Shown: piece after piece, positions 26,785 to 39,949 of the stretch | Position numbering within the stretch: the first letter of the stretch is position 1 | How the letters are laid out: the number at the start of each line of letters is the position of its first letter | Source: Mobula hypostoma | Lineage: Eukaryota | Length of the DNA stretch: 64,000 nt | Assembly (NCBI RefSeq): GCF_963921235.1 | Contig: NC_086097.1 | Span: forward strand, 63,738,001-63,802,000 | Reading direction: 5' to 3' | Position numbers and translations under genes: made by a program | Notes under the pieces: model-generated | The model's database searches: none | What the model was told of the DNA's origin: nothing | What the model saw: the letters and a program-made list of their open reading frames with translations, nothing else

Positions 26785-27545
26785 GTCTGTCTGTCTGTCT
26801 AGGTACCATATCTGATGTGGACTTTGACCATGGTTTTCCATATAGATCCATCCTTCGTTTTTTGGATGACTTCTATTTCCTCGATGTGTAGCCACCTGGC
26901 TATGCTTTTGATGTACATAAGCCAAGGTCTTCCTCTAGGTTTGCTCCCCTCAATCTTTCCAGAGAGTACAAGTTTTTCTAGTTCATCTTTCCGCATGATG
27001 TGTCCTAAGAATCTGAGTTATCTTTCTCTTATTGTTGGTATGAGTGATCGAACTGCTTGGGCTCTTCTGAGAACTTCTTCATTTGATGTGTGTGTGGTCC
27101 ATGATATTTTTAACATTCTCCTGTAGAACCATAATTCAGCTGCTTCTAGTCTCTTTTCCATTGCTGGACAAATGGTCCAGCATTCATTTCCATAAGTCAC
27201 GATAGAATAAATGTAGCACTGCAGTATTCTGTTTTTAGTGTACGTGCTCATCTTTCTGTCTGTTAATATGTTCTTCATTTTTTGGAAAACTCCTTTCGCC
27301 ATTGCTATTCTGTATTTAATATCTGTGTCGCACCCGCCATTACTTATTATCAGGCTGCCAAGATATTTGAATTTGTTGACTTGTTTGATGTTTGTCTTTC
27401 CGATCTTGATCACACATTGTGTCTTCTTGGTGTTGATTGAGAGGCCTCTGCAATTACTTTCTGCTGCCACTGTAGTGAGTAGTTCTTGAAGTTTTGTTTC
27501 TGAGTCAGCTATTAGTACGAAGTGATCAGCATATCTGATGTTATG
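26785..27545 (-). mobile_element. RTE-clade LINE 3' fragment
   Basis: NIRYADH.VLIADSE.KLQ.LL, FKYLGS, ECWT...LEAAELWFYRRMLKISWT, GKIEGSKPRGRP motifs; (CAGA)n tail. Confidence 0.9.
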
Positions 27546-27994
27546 ATATATATATATACACACACACACACACACTCACTATATAGTACTCTTTTAAAAA
27601 AAAGGATTTGTGAACCTCTAGTTGGCCTATCATTTGTTATGTTTGAGATTTACATAGTACTAACAGACTTTTCCTTTCATCTTATTCCTAATAAATCATA
27701 CCATATGAAATTATCTTTGTCTTTCATCCATTGCACTGCTTCCTGTAAATTGTGGCGTGGGAGAGCAACTCTAAATCTGTTTCTTTACTGGAATTCATAA
27801 GATTAAAGGAGACTATAAAGAGAATTGCACATGCAATATTAAATTAAATGGGTTTAAAATGAGATTTTAAAAACTTGCTGGAAATTAGTTAAGTGGAAAA
27901 TGACAAAACTGGTAATGATTAGAATGTTAAGCACATAAGGTCATCATTAAGTTTTCTTGGGGATCTCATTGCATTAAATTATATATTGGTTATA

Positions 27995-28335
27995 TATAGA
28001 TAATGGTGGGGACAGCTTAACCATGATGGACTGGGCTGTACCCACTAATTTTTGTAGGATTTTCCGTTCAAGGGCATTGGTGTTTCCATTCCAGACTGTA
28101 ATACAGCTTATCAATATTCTCTCCCCTGCACATCTATAGAAGTTTGTCAAAGTTTTAGATATCATGCCAAATCTTCACAAAGTCCTAAGGAAGTAAAGGC
28201 GATGCCGTGCTTTCTTCATAATTGCACTTATGTGCTGGACCCAGGACAAGTCCTCCAAAATAATAACACTGAGGAATTTAAAGTTGATGACCCTCTCCAT
28301 CTCTGATCCTCCAATGAAGACTGGCTCATGGACAT
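27995..28335 (-). mobile_element. Rex1/Babar-like LINE fragment
   Basis: KTLTNFYRCAGERILISCITVWNGN reading (ORF 27974..28165). Confidence 0.75.
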
Positions 28336-28446
28336 CTATTTCTCAATTTGTTGTGATAATAACAATTTATGTCAGCAAATTTCAGGTTATTTTAACTACA
28401 CAACTACTTAATTAATAGGTACTTTAAACATCTGAGAACAATATAC

Positions 28447-28564
28447 CTGATGGTTGGTCCGAAGATTGTCGATCTGCTTTTTAAATACACTTGTCCAGAA
28501 GTCTTTACAAATAAACTTCATAACATCCAATTCATCCTTGAATCGTGCTGTATCTTTAGTGAAC
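28447..28564 (-). CDS. TRAPPC6B: TRAPPC6B exon 3
   Basis: 118 nt, AG/GT bounded, (R)[39 protein letters not shown]. Confidence 0.97.
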
Positions 28565-29688
28565 CTGTGATCAAACCAGACAATATATGAACATCCAAAT
28601 GCTTTGTTAAAGATTATCAATAATTCAGCTTTAAAATATGTTACCTGAAGACAAAGCAACTTCACTATCAAAAATTCAGTTTACAACAAACCAGTGGTTT
28701 TAATCCCCTAACGCATAACCTATTTTCTTTTATCCAAATCAGCCCTACAACCAAAACCACTTAGACAAGGTACAATGTTACTGTGGCCCAAGTGCAAAGT
28801 GCTCTCTTTTTTGGGACAAATCCCACAAGACATGTCTACTCATTTCTCAGTAAGACATCCTTCCATTTATGTGTAGATGGAAGTATAACAAAGAAACGTG
28901 GAGGCAGCTGGGCAGGCAATTTATGCAAAGATGGTAAGATATTACTTTTTTCTGCAAAACAAAAGCTCTATCAATGCAGACCTGAGCCCAGAGGCAAAAT
29001 GAAAACCACAACCTGTTTGAAGTCCTCTGCCAACACACAAACCAGGGAGAAAACAGTAAATGAAGTTACGACTCAGAAAACAAAAACTGCAACTCATTAA
29101 GATCCAGATGAAACTGACCAACTGGATTAAAAGCAGCCAAGAAGAAGTTAGAAACAAGAGAAAGTCTGCAGATGCTGGAAATCCAAAGCAACACACACAA
29201 AATACTGGAGGAAACCAGCAGGCCAAGCAACATCTATGGAAAAGAGTAGTCGACGTTTTGGGCAGAGTCCCTTCATCTGGCCATTCAGCACCAATAATGT
29301 AATCCTTTATGACCAAAATATGTATATGCTTTCCAAGTGAATGAGGACTTCAAGCTTAATGAAATAAAATGTTATCCACTAAAGGTATGGGACTAACATG
29401 AATGCAACTTATATATTGATGTTAGCTATTTTTAAATTTTGCATATATAGAATTTTACTCCAATTAACAAAAATAGTCTTTCATTCCCTACAAACTCTCC
29501 CTATTAACAAATCATACATTAGTCTACTGTTGTAGGGACCATGAGTTGGAGTTGCAAATTTGCAGCCCACTCTTAAACCAACAAGCACAGCTTTCCTGAT
29601 GAAAATATACCCTCAGTAGATGATGCTGTTCACAATATAAGAATCTGTTTCTTTTTGTATTTCTTCAGAAAATACCATTGCTTATTAC

Positions 29689-29756
29689 CTTTCTATTAGT
29701 CCTTGGCCTACTCGGAATCCCATGTTTTCCAGCTTGGTGACATATCTTCCACTTTC
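29689..29756 (-). CDS. TRAPPC6B: TRAPPC6B exon 2
   Basis: 68 nt, AG/GT bounded, ESGRYVTKLENMGFRVGQGLIE(R). Confidence 0.96.
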
Positions 29757-29829
29757 CTGAGAAAAAGGAGCAGAAAAAAATAACAAGTGTGTTATTGTGG
29801 AGCATTACCAATAAAATTAGAGGAACCTA

Positions 29830-30761
29830 CAGTGGCATGCAAAAGTTTGGGCACCCCGGTCAAAATTTCTGTTACTGTGAATAGTTAAACAAGTAGAAGA
29901 TGAACTGATCTCCAAAAGTCATAAAGTTAAAGATGAAACATTCTTTTCAACATTTTAAGCAAGATTGGTGTGGACTGATGAAGTTAAAATAGAACTTTTT
30001 GGCTGCAATGAGCAAAGGTATGTTTGGAGAAAAAAGGGTGCAGAATTTCATGAAAAGAACACCTCTCCAACTGTTAAGCACGGGGGTGGATCGATCATGC
30101 TTTGGGCTTGTGTTGCAGCCAGTGGCACAGGGAATATTTCACTAGTAGAGGGAAGAATGAATTCAATTAAATACCAGCAAATTCGGGAAGCAAACATCAC
30201 ACCGTCTGTAAAAAAGCCGAAGATGAAAAGAGGATGGCTTCTACAACAGGATAATGATCCTAAACACATCTCAAAATCCACAATGGACTACCTCGAGGCG
30301 CAAGCTGGAGGTTTTGCCATGGCCCTCACAGTCCCCCAATCTAAACATCATCGAAAATCTGTGGATAAACCTCAAAAGAGCAGTGCATGCAAGACAGCCC
30401 AAGAATCTCACAGAACTAGAAGCCTTTTGCAAGGAAGAATGGGCGAAAATCCTCCAAACAAGAATTGAAAGACTCTTAGCTGGCTACAGAAAGCGTTGAT
30501 AAGCTGTGATACTTGCCAAAAGGGGTGTTACTAAGTACTGACCATGCAGGGTGGCCAAACTTTTGCTTCGGGCCCTTTTCCCTTTTTGTTATTTTGAAAC
30601 TGTAAAAGATAGAAATAAAAAGGTAATCTTGCTTAAACTATTAAAGAAATGTGTCATCTTTAACTTTATGCCTTTTGGAAATCAGGTCATCTTTTACTCG
30701 CTTAGCTATTCACAGTAACAGAAATTTTGACGAGGGGTACCCTAACTTTTGCATGCCACTG
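29830..30761 (+). mobile_element. Internally deleted Tc1 copy, same family as 809-2437
   Basis: TA TSDs, both outer TIR ends; left TIR is joined directly to the WTDE region, deleting the equivalent of ~950-1638. Confidence 0.95.
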
Positions 30762-31354
30762 TATATAGGTACTTTAGGCATCTCTTGTTAACAATAATAT
30801 CTTAAAGACTGAAAAAAAAAAGCATGAAACTAACTTGTTAATTCCACTAATACATATAATCTACAACACTGATGAAAAATTAACATAACCAAATTCAATC
30901 CTCAAACCTCAAATAAAAACTTTATATTCAGGTACCAGTCTGAGATCTGTAGGTAAGCAATCAGTTCCAATTAAACAGTACTTAATTGGCTGATTTCAAA
31001 GATTGGCTGATTGCCTGAGTCCATTACTCTGAGCACCCATGCTCACTAAATGACACTCTTTAAATTACAGAAATTTTAATATAGTCATGATCCATGTGAA
31101 TGGAAACATATGCACCCACAAGATCTAAATTAACACAAAATTTAAAAAAACTTTTTCTTTAGTTTTTGAGCTTCAAGTGCCTCCAAATACCTATTAATTC
31201 AGATTTGATAGGATATGAAATATCATCACAAATGACTTTTCTCCAAAACAAAATGCAATATTCAGAGTTTGAAGACATTCTGACTGTTTTAGGCCAGAGC
31301 AAGAGGAAGTCACATATGTTCTTGTGGAATAAAGAACTAGAAATATATCAAAAG

Positions 31355-31490
31355 CACAAGAGATTCCTCAGATGCTAGAAATCCAGAGTAGCACACACAA
31401 AATGCTGGAGGAACTTAGCAGGTCAGGCAGCATCTATGGAAAGGAATAGAGTCAACGTTTCAGGTTGAGACCCTTCATCAGGACTGGAAA
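31355..31490 (-). mobile_element. Penelope-derived terminal repeat with hammerhead motif (31450-31485)
   Basis: Minus strand AGTC-CTGATGA-A-GGGT-CTCA-ACCT-GAAA-CGTT-GACT followed by the family body. Confidence 0.7.
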
Positions 31491-31615
31491 TTAAGCTATC
31501 CCTCTATGCTTCTCAAGTTCCAGCCACAAGACATACGTGACTTGGAAGGAAAAGATCTGGGACATTGCAAGTGATCACCAATTAAAGGAAGTAGCTGGAT
31601 TATTATTTCTATTTA

Positions 31616-32407
31616 TCTACTGCAATACTGTACAAAGCGCAAGATTTCTTAAATCAGGACTCTTTGTACATATTATACTGTTCACTTATAGTCCCATACA
31701 TGACTTACTGTGTAGAGGTATGGGGAAATACATATAAAACAAATACAAACTCAATTTTTCTACTCCAAAAAAAGTCATACGAATTGTAATTAAGACAAGT
31801 TATTATGAGCCAACCACTCCACTATTTAGATTTCGTAGATTTTAAAATAATACAAATTATGTATAAAGTAAAAAATGGACAGCTACCACAAAGTATCCAA
31901 AGGCTGTTTAAAATGAGAGAAAGGCAACATGATTTGAGAGGAACATGTATATTTCAAAAACAAAGGATAAGAACAAATGTAAAAAATCATTGTATTTCAG
32001 TCAGAGGGGTGAATCTATGGAACAGTTGTAGTGAGAATTTAAAAACATGTACCACACTTAACAAGTTTAACAAATTATTTAAAAATAATTTGATGAACAA
32101 ATATAAAATACATGATTTAAAATGAAAGGCAGTAATGTAAATAAATGATACTTGGAATTGGATTTTGTGTTAAATGATTATGAAATGTTTTGTTTTGATG
32201 TTATGATTGACACCAAATATGTTGTTGTATAAGTAAGAAGGGTAGCAGTAATAAGCTGTAGCTTCAGCCTACACCCTTTCGGTCTGTTAAAGAATATCTA
32301 TTTTTTTTTGTAATTTTGTCTTATAAAATCATCATTATGAAATCATTGTTGAAAATGATGCTTTTTGTTATGTTTGTACTGACCGAAATAAATTTCATTC
32401 ATTCATT
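31616..32407 (+). mobile_element. Crack-like (CR1/L2 group) LINE 3' fragment
   Basis: LYCSLIVPYMTYCVEVWGNTYKT..IFLLQKKVIRIV and ISVRGVNLWNS motifs; AATAAA plus (CATT)n tail. Clade assignment tentative. Confidence 0.75.
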
Positions 32408-33709
32408 ATTTCTATTTTCACTCACTTTTCTCTGCCAACAGGTTCAACTGCACACCAAGTCAAAAATATTTTCCCATGATCAGTAAGTAAACAAATAGGA
32501 CTATTTCATCTCTCAACATTTCATGTGTAAGCTGAGAACTTTGTTTACCTTAACTATACAAGCTCTATAATGTACACTGCATATTCAAAGAGTCTAAATG
32601 CAACAAATGGAAAACATTACAGTTATTCGTTGTGGACATTAACAGTGAATAAATGAGAGATGTGCATGGGCTCTAATTCCAGAAGCAGGAGATCTTTTCT
32701 GGGCTACATGCCCTAGTAGAACATGACATTATGTGCAAAGGAAGGACATTACCATAAAACTTCCCTTAACCGTGCTCCAAATATGTCAAAATTCTTTAAG
32801 GACAAAGGTTTAACAAGGCTTTGCCTCACCGCACAGCCTATCATCATTCAGTTCTTCTAAAACTAAATTAAGTTCCATGCTGAACAAATGTTCTGTGACA
32901 TCTAAATGATAGAGGGGGAAAAGTCTTCCATTTGAGTAATCAATAGCCATTGAATCTCTTATCTAAAATCACAGGAGACTGGAGAATTCATCTTGATTGC
33001 TGAATAAAGACTAGAATTTTTTTTTATTTTGTATTGACACTCTTTTGCAGTAAGTCTTTCAGGCGCAAGAGACTACAGCACACTTCCTAGCTCAACTTAA
33101 TACCACCAAATCTTCAGAAATAAAATTTCAAAAATTTCTTCGGTGAACGTTATGCTGTACACGCCATCCCCGAGTAATGAATAGGTTCTGTCTTTGCAGC
33201 TGTCCTCAAGTTAAATTTGTCCTCAAGTCAGAAATTACACAAAGACCACTTAAAATGGTAATTATACTTCCACAGTATTGTAATGAATGGCATCAAAAGG
33301 ACACAAGACTGACTAAAAAAATAACAACTACTACAATTGTGGAGAAGTGAGATGAAAATAGCTCTGCCATTCAGAGAAATAAACATATTTAAGCAAGTTG
33401 AACTTCTGAATTTAGTACGATCAGGAAAGCTGACTTGTATGCAAAGATTGGGTGCTCATAACCCAGAGACAACCTGTACCCGTAACCTACAGAATGCCAT
33501 TTTGACTAAATATCATTCTCTACCCCCACCCTCAATTAAATGATGACAATTTTCATAGCTAAACATTTCAATGTTCTTTAAACCTGTCATCTATTTATCA
33601 CTACTTAAAGATTAATGTTCCAGCTTGAATGTTCAAAATGAGTTGTGAAGTTTTTATGGCAGCAACACATTTATAATTACCCAGTTAAGTCACTTTACCA
33701 TTTGAATAG

Positions 33710-35210
33710 TTACGGCATTCTGCCCAGGCTTCTCTGGCTCTTCACACTTTATGAGTTCCCCATGACTGCCGTAGAGGGCATCGAGGGGAAACCCAACAAG
33801 CACCTGCGCAGATGGTTGGAAGCTCCCCCAAGCTTCTCTTCAGTGGGCCTCTATATTCGTTCTGGGCAACTGCAGCTTCCACTGTCATCTGTTGTGGAGG
33901 AATTCAAGGTGGCAAAATGCAGAGCCGATTTAAGCTTGAGAGATTCCAATGACGTCTTGGTAAAGCAAGCAGGCATTACAACCAGATCTGGGTGCAAGTG
34001 GGCAGCCAACACAGCTGTGGAGGAGGCAGTGTATTCTCTGAAGCTGCGAGACATCATTGGCAACCCTTGCGTCGGGCGGCAAGGCCTCAGCTCAGTTCAC
34101 TTCCAGCAGTGGGGAAATGCAAGCATCAGGAACAGGCAAGACATGATACAGGCAGAAGTACGGATCCGTGAGGAAGAGAAGCGGATGTCAAAGGCAGTGG
34201 AACAAGGGTCCCAGGGTGCCTGGACAAAATGGGATCTGCCTAAGTGCAATTTCTCATGGGCAGAGTTATGGAGACTGGAGCCCTTCCGTATTTCCTTCCT
34301 CTTGCAATCCATGTATGACACCCTTCTTTCACCATTACATCTGTACACACGGGGGATGAGAGAGGACCCGAACTGTAAGCTCTGTGGTCAAAAGGGGACG
34401 CTGGCTCATATACTGTCCGGGTGTAAAACAGCTCTAACTCAAGGACGGTATAGGTGGCGCCGTGATAAGGTGCTTCTGGCTCTTGCTGACACACTAGAGC
34501 GGGAGAGATGCAAGAAGAGGACGGCTGGCACAGATTTGAGGAAGGCCATCACCTTCATCAAAGAGGGAGCCAGGCCTTTCATAACCAAACAACCGAAGCC
34601 CAATCTGCTGCTAACGGCCGGGTCCTGGGAGATGAAGGTCAAGGTGGGAAGAAGGCTGCAGTTCCCAGATGTGGTGCACACGACCCTATGCCCGGACATT
34701 GTACTGGTCAACCGAAGACAAGAAAATAATTCTGATTGAGCTGACTGTGCCGTGGGAGGAGGGATGGGAAGAGGCCGACGAGAGAAAGGCCTTGAAGTAC
34801 CAGCCCTTAGTGCAGGAGTGCAAAGACAAGGGATGGCAGGCATGGTTGTTCCCTGTGGAGATTGGCAGCAGAGGTTTTCCGGCCAATTCAGCATGGCGGT
34901 TGTTGTCAGCTCTGGGCCTGGATGAAGGGAGCAAAAAACAAGCAGCTTGTAGGATGGGGGAAGAGGCAGAACGAGCCTCTTGTTGGATTTGGAGTAGGCG
35001 AGAGGAGGGAAGCTGGAAGCCAGGAGCAGATGGGCAGTGATTTGGCCACCATTGCCGGCCCACCAACTGGAGAGTGTCGTGGTTAAGGGTCGAAACACTC
35101 TGTGAAGGTTGGGAAGCACCTGATGACATCTGCTCCTGGCTGAAGGCTACGGTTACCTTATAAGGTATCTGGAGAATGCACCCTCACAGGTGTATGTAAC
35201 AAGATAACTG
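33710..35210 (+). mobile_element. 5'-truncated Hero-clade non-LTR retrotransposon (restriction-like endonuclease)
   Basis: CKLC..GTLAHILSGC zinc knuckle, GRYRWR.DKVL, PDIVL/W...IELTVPWEE...ERK.LKY PD-(D/E)xK endonuclease; one frameshift near 34706; GC-rich relative to flanks. Confidence 0.88.
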
Positions 35211-36924
35211 TGGAGATTTACTGTAAGGTGTATCCAATTTGTTCACTGATTATACAAATATCTCTATAGCAAAATTAAAGTGGTGAGATTTGGCAACCAT
35301 TCAGAGCTTTCGAGCAGCAGTTCTCTGATTTAGCCACAGGAGCTGCACAGTAATACTTTACTTCCCTAGTAACAAAGTTGTATTTAGCACAAAGAATGAA
35401 GTATCAATGTTAGATTGATGATACAAGAATATAACTATGATTTAAGTCACCAATTCTAATTTATCACAGCATAGAACTTGCGCAGCTAACAGGTTCACTA
35501 TCAATGATGTTCAGAATAAAATACAGCATTGCACCTTATCAAAATGCCATGCATTTCCATCAGCTTGGAATTGGCTCATTATTGTGACATTGGCCATGAT
35601 AGAGCGAAAACCTTGTTTTACATACTCTTCACACAGATCAGATCATTACACACTGCATTGTGATAGAACAAGTAAAGCACAATACAGACTAACATGTCAC
35701 AGCTACAGAGGAAGTGCAGTGTAGGTAAATAATACGGTGCATGATCATTGTGAGGTAGATTGTGAGCTCGAGTCCATCCACACCATCTCAACACTGCCTA
35801 GACAGCCTTCAATTTATACTTGTACCCAGATGCATTTAGTTTCTTTGATTAGACTATGTCTACTGACATATAGTTCTATTAGCAAACCTTAATCTCAAAC
35901 TAAGAACGTCTTCAATACATCACCATTTTTTGTCATAATACCCTTAACAGCAGTTTCAGTTCTTCTGACAACAGACCATTTAGAAATTTGTTGGCTACTT
36001 TTCAACTTCTGTTTCTATTTTGTTTGTTCTCTGTTACTCTTCCTGTACTTTGTACAACTTGAAGCCCAACATAATGGTGAACTTCCTTCCTGCCTATACT
36101 GTTCCTCCAACAGCCATTAGATGCACAGCTATGATTCAATCTCCACATTGGAAAATATCAATATTCCAAATATCAATCCTCTTCTAAACATTAGATTCTA
36201 CACTACAGATTTCAAACGCTTCTCATCAAACAAGTTTATGTCAAGTATCTTTTTATCTTAATCAAATGATAATCAAGTTGAACAGTTTCCTTTTTTAAAA
36301 ATGGAAAGGTATTCTGAATAAAGTATTAACTGCACCACATAAGCAGACCTCAAAAGAATTACAATGCTATTGACCAATCCTTCTCAAAGAGGATTCCACT
36401 ACAAAACAACATTTGTGAAGTGAAAAAATCTCTGGCAGATGCAGCATCAGTGAGTTTCATGTATCAACTGCTGTGCAAGTGAGATCTGCTACACTTCAAA
36501 TCCTGAAGTTCGGAGCTAGAACAAGCCAATGATATTTTTAAAATGCTAAGGCAACAAACAAATACTTTATTGTTCATCTTTTTGGAAAGAGTAACAAATA
36601 TTATGAAATCAAGAAGGTCTTTTTGAAGGACGGAAGGATACAAAAAGATAATTTTAACCGAATATCAAAAGAAAATAACTTTTATATTTTTCTTGAACAA
36701 GAACAAGTTCATGACATTTTCCAAAATATTGTTTGGTTCAATAACTGACAAGAACAGCAAGAACTTGTATTCAAATACCACCAGGAAGCATATAGCCCAG
36801 GTGCAATCACAACTTGGAGCTGAATGCTCTCAAAACTGTGGAGTTGCATATTGAATTCAGGAGAAATGTGTCCACCCACTCATCATTAACAACTCTACAG
36901 CTCGCACCATTTCAACATTCTCGC

Positions 36925-37525
36925 ATCGTTATTTCGCAGAACCTCGTGGGAGAACCACACCTCCTTCATTAACAAAAAAGCTCAGCAGAGGGTATACTTC
37001 TTGCAGCAGCTGGTAAAATTCCATCTTCCCCAGAACATACTGGTGTAATTCTACACCGCAATCACGGAGATCATCATCACATCAAACATTACTCTCTGGC
37101 TTAGTGCAACATCCTCTCACAATATACAAAAACTACAGTGAACTGTCAGAACAGCAGAAAAGGCTGTAGTCTACCATCACTGCAGGACTTGAGATGATGA
37201 CAATCCTCTTCTTCCCCTTCTCATTAGGGAGAAAATACAAAATCCTGAAAGCACATCCCGCCAAGCTCAAGGACAGCTTCTACCCTGCTGTTGTAAGACT
37301 ATTGAACAATTCCCTAGTATGCTAAGCAGACTTTTGACCTCACAATCTACCTTGTTATAGCATTGCACACTGTACTTTGTCTGTAACTGACATTTTGGTC
37401 TGTGTTCTGTTATTGTTTTACCATGTACTTCCTCAATGCACCAGTGTAATGAACTGATCTGTGTGAATGGTGTGCAAGACAGATTTTTCACTGTACCTCA
37501 GTGGATGTCACAATAATAAACCAAT
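36925..37525 (+). mobile_element. Rex1/Babar-like LINE pieces
   Basis: KKAQQRVYFLQQL.KF.LP..IL..FY.AITE..IT reading and a 3' UTR homologous to 200-540. Confidence 0.7.
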
Positions 37526-39949
37526 TTATCTTCTTCTAATGTCTATTACAGTGTGATCAAATACAAATGACAACTCAGCGCAGATAAGGCTACAAGCAAC
37601 ACTGACACGGCCTATAACGCATAAAATTCAATAGAAATGGCCTTACCACACTTCCAAAATATGGCCAAATAACTTTTAAAAGATTCACAGTACATTGCTG
37701 ATTTTGTCAAACCTAGCATTCTATTTTGATTCTCATGTGTCTGTGAAATTATGGTAGTAGATTGTAGGATACTTCCACTAAGCCTGAACTTTTCTGACTG
37801 CATTTTTAGGTGAGGATTTTTAGGAGTTGGGCCTGTTAATAATGAAAAAATCCTGGGGCAGAGGAGTAGGTGTTTTGGAAGGGATGATGAAGATCGTGAT
37901 GCTCCCTTACACAAGCTGGTTGTATCTTTCCTGGTGGTGGGAATTATGGATCTAAATGGTACCACCAAAAGTGCCTTGCCAACTGCTGCAGAGTACTGAT
38001 TTTCAATACTGAAGTTATTAAAAATAATTCAGGTTCTGGAAATCTGAAATAAAAAGCATACTGGAATACAACACATGAAAAGAATTAACCCTTTGGGTCA
38101 AGCAGGAGGAAAGAGGAAGGAAAAATGATGAATACCACTGGTGGCAAGCCACAAAGAGCAACATGCACAAATATAGAGTTTTCAAACACAGTAAAATGTC
38201 TCACAAAGTGAGTTCAATCAAAATTTGCCAGGAAGCCACTAAAAGAGTCATTTGGATATGTGACTAGAAAGGTTAGTCAAAGAAATAGCTTTCAAGGATG
38301 TGGAACATTTAAAGAGGAAATTACAGAACTTAAGGTTTTGTCAATTTTCATTCTCTTTTTACCTGTGACACTCATGTTATTTGTCATTTCAGTACATACC
38401 AGAATGATGCTGAAACCCTGCTCACGCTGACACAAACCACTTCATTTTCTGAAGAATTGCCAAAGAAGCTGAACTCTTTGCAGCCATAAAATTGACCTTA
38501 CAATGCAAGGATGAAACAGAAAATAATTGAGTCTGGAACACTGCCCTAAGGAACTCCTGGAGCGACATTAATTTGATTCCAACAACCAAGATTATCCTGC
38601 ATCTTCCTCTGTAAAATCCACCTGCTAGGCAGTTTCACATGTTTTCTACAACCTGGGTCACATTAAGTCAAAATCTAGTCATGATATATGAGGAAATGAA
38701 TTACAAATGACTTTTCGTGTAGGCAAAACTTTATTATTCCCCACTTGGATGTCCTGCATGAGATATAGAAGCTTCTTGAGGTTTTGATCATTAGCTGCTC
38801 AGTGACTACACTAAATATTTTCTCCATTAATAGTAGAAACAGGCTTTGCCACAACCTACCCTCTAAAGCTAGTGGCCACTGTCCACGCTCTGGGTGGAAA
38901 AGTTGCCAGTCAGGTTCCTATTAAATCTCTCCCCCTCACCTTAAACCTACAATCGCTCCAGATGTTGATTCTTCAATCCTGGGAAAATGACTGCACACAT
39001 CGACCCTCTCAATCCCCCCCCCCCATGATTTTACACACTCTATAAGATCACCCCTCATTCTTCTATGTGCCAATGAAAAAGTCCCAACCTCTCCCTGTAA
39101 CTTAGTCCCTACAATCTCAGCCTCATAAATCTCCTCAGCACTCTTTCCAGTTTCACAGCATCTTTCCTAAACTAAATATTCCAGACATGGCATAGCAAGC
39201 ACCTTGTCCAAAAGGAAAAGTACAGCATTGGGGTGAAAAAAGCTGAAGAAGTCATAGGTCAGTGGCCACACTTTATGTGATACCAATATTCACTAAGCTC
39301 GGCTCAAGTACACATGCTGTTGAAAGCAAGTAATGACATTACATGATTAAAGACCCAATATACTGTGATTTTGCAGAATTGCAGATTCCATCAAAAGCCT
39401 TTCGTCAAACAATGAGTATCCTTCCGATCCCTTTACACAACGACTCTCTCACCCATATGCTAAACTTCACTGACCCGTATGCCAGATTCATTAAGGTGAC
39501 AAAGGCAACGACAAACAACTCCAGCAATGGAAGGGAGCAACACAGAGGGATTGTCACATGCATGCCCAGATCTGCAACAATGTAAGTCAGAGTAGAAGTT
39601 TCCTAAAGCTAGCTTTATGTGATACATCTTTAGCATCCACCTCCTCCAACCAGGTGTATGTTCAGTTGTTTCACCCGTCCCAAAACAAATACGCCTACCG
39701 TTCTGCTTTTTGCAAATTATCAGTATTGACAAAATAGAAAACATAACCTTTCCGCAATTATACTTAGCGCGTCTACAATCCTGCTACATTTTTATGTCAT
39801 TCTACAATTTAGGAAGGTCCTTCCACTTGTCCGACGTCGTTTAGAACTTATTTTACATTTGGTTATCAGGATAGCAAGTTGCCGATCCTGGATTCTGAAA
39901 GAGTGCATTACCAAAATCTTCCACACAACCTGCCTAACAGACTGGACGA

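Noticed and set aside
33645..34739. 364 aa ORF as a host gene
   Set aside because: It is a truncated Hero retrotransposon ORF; the start is a GTG in flanking DNA and the endonuclease is frameshifted.
35080..35135. GAAA...CTGATGA in the Hero 3' UTR as a type II hammerhead
   Set aside because: No UH after the putative stem III and stem II does not pair in the required register.
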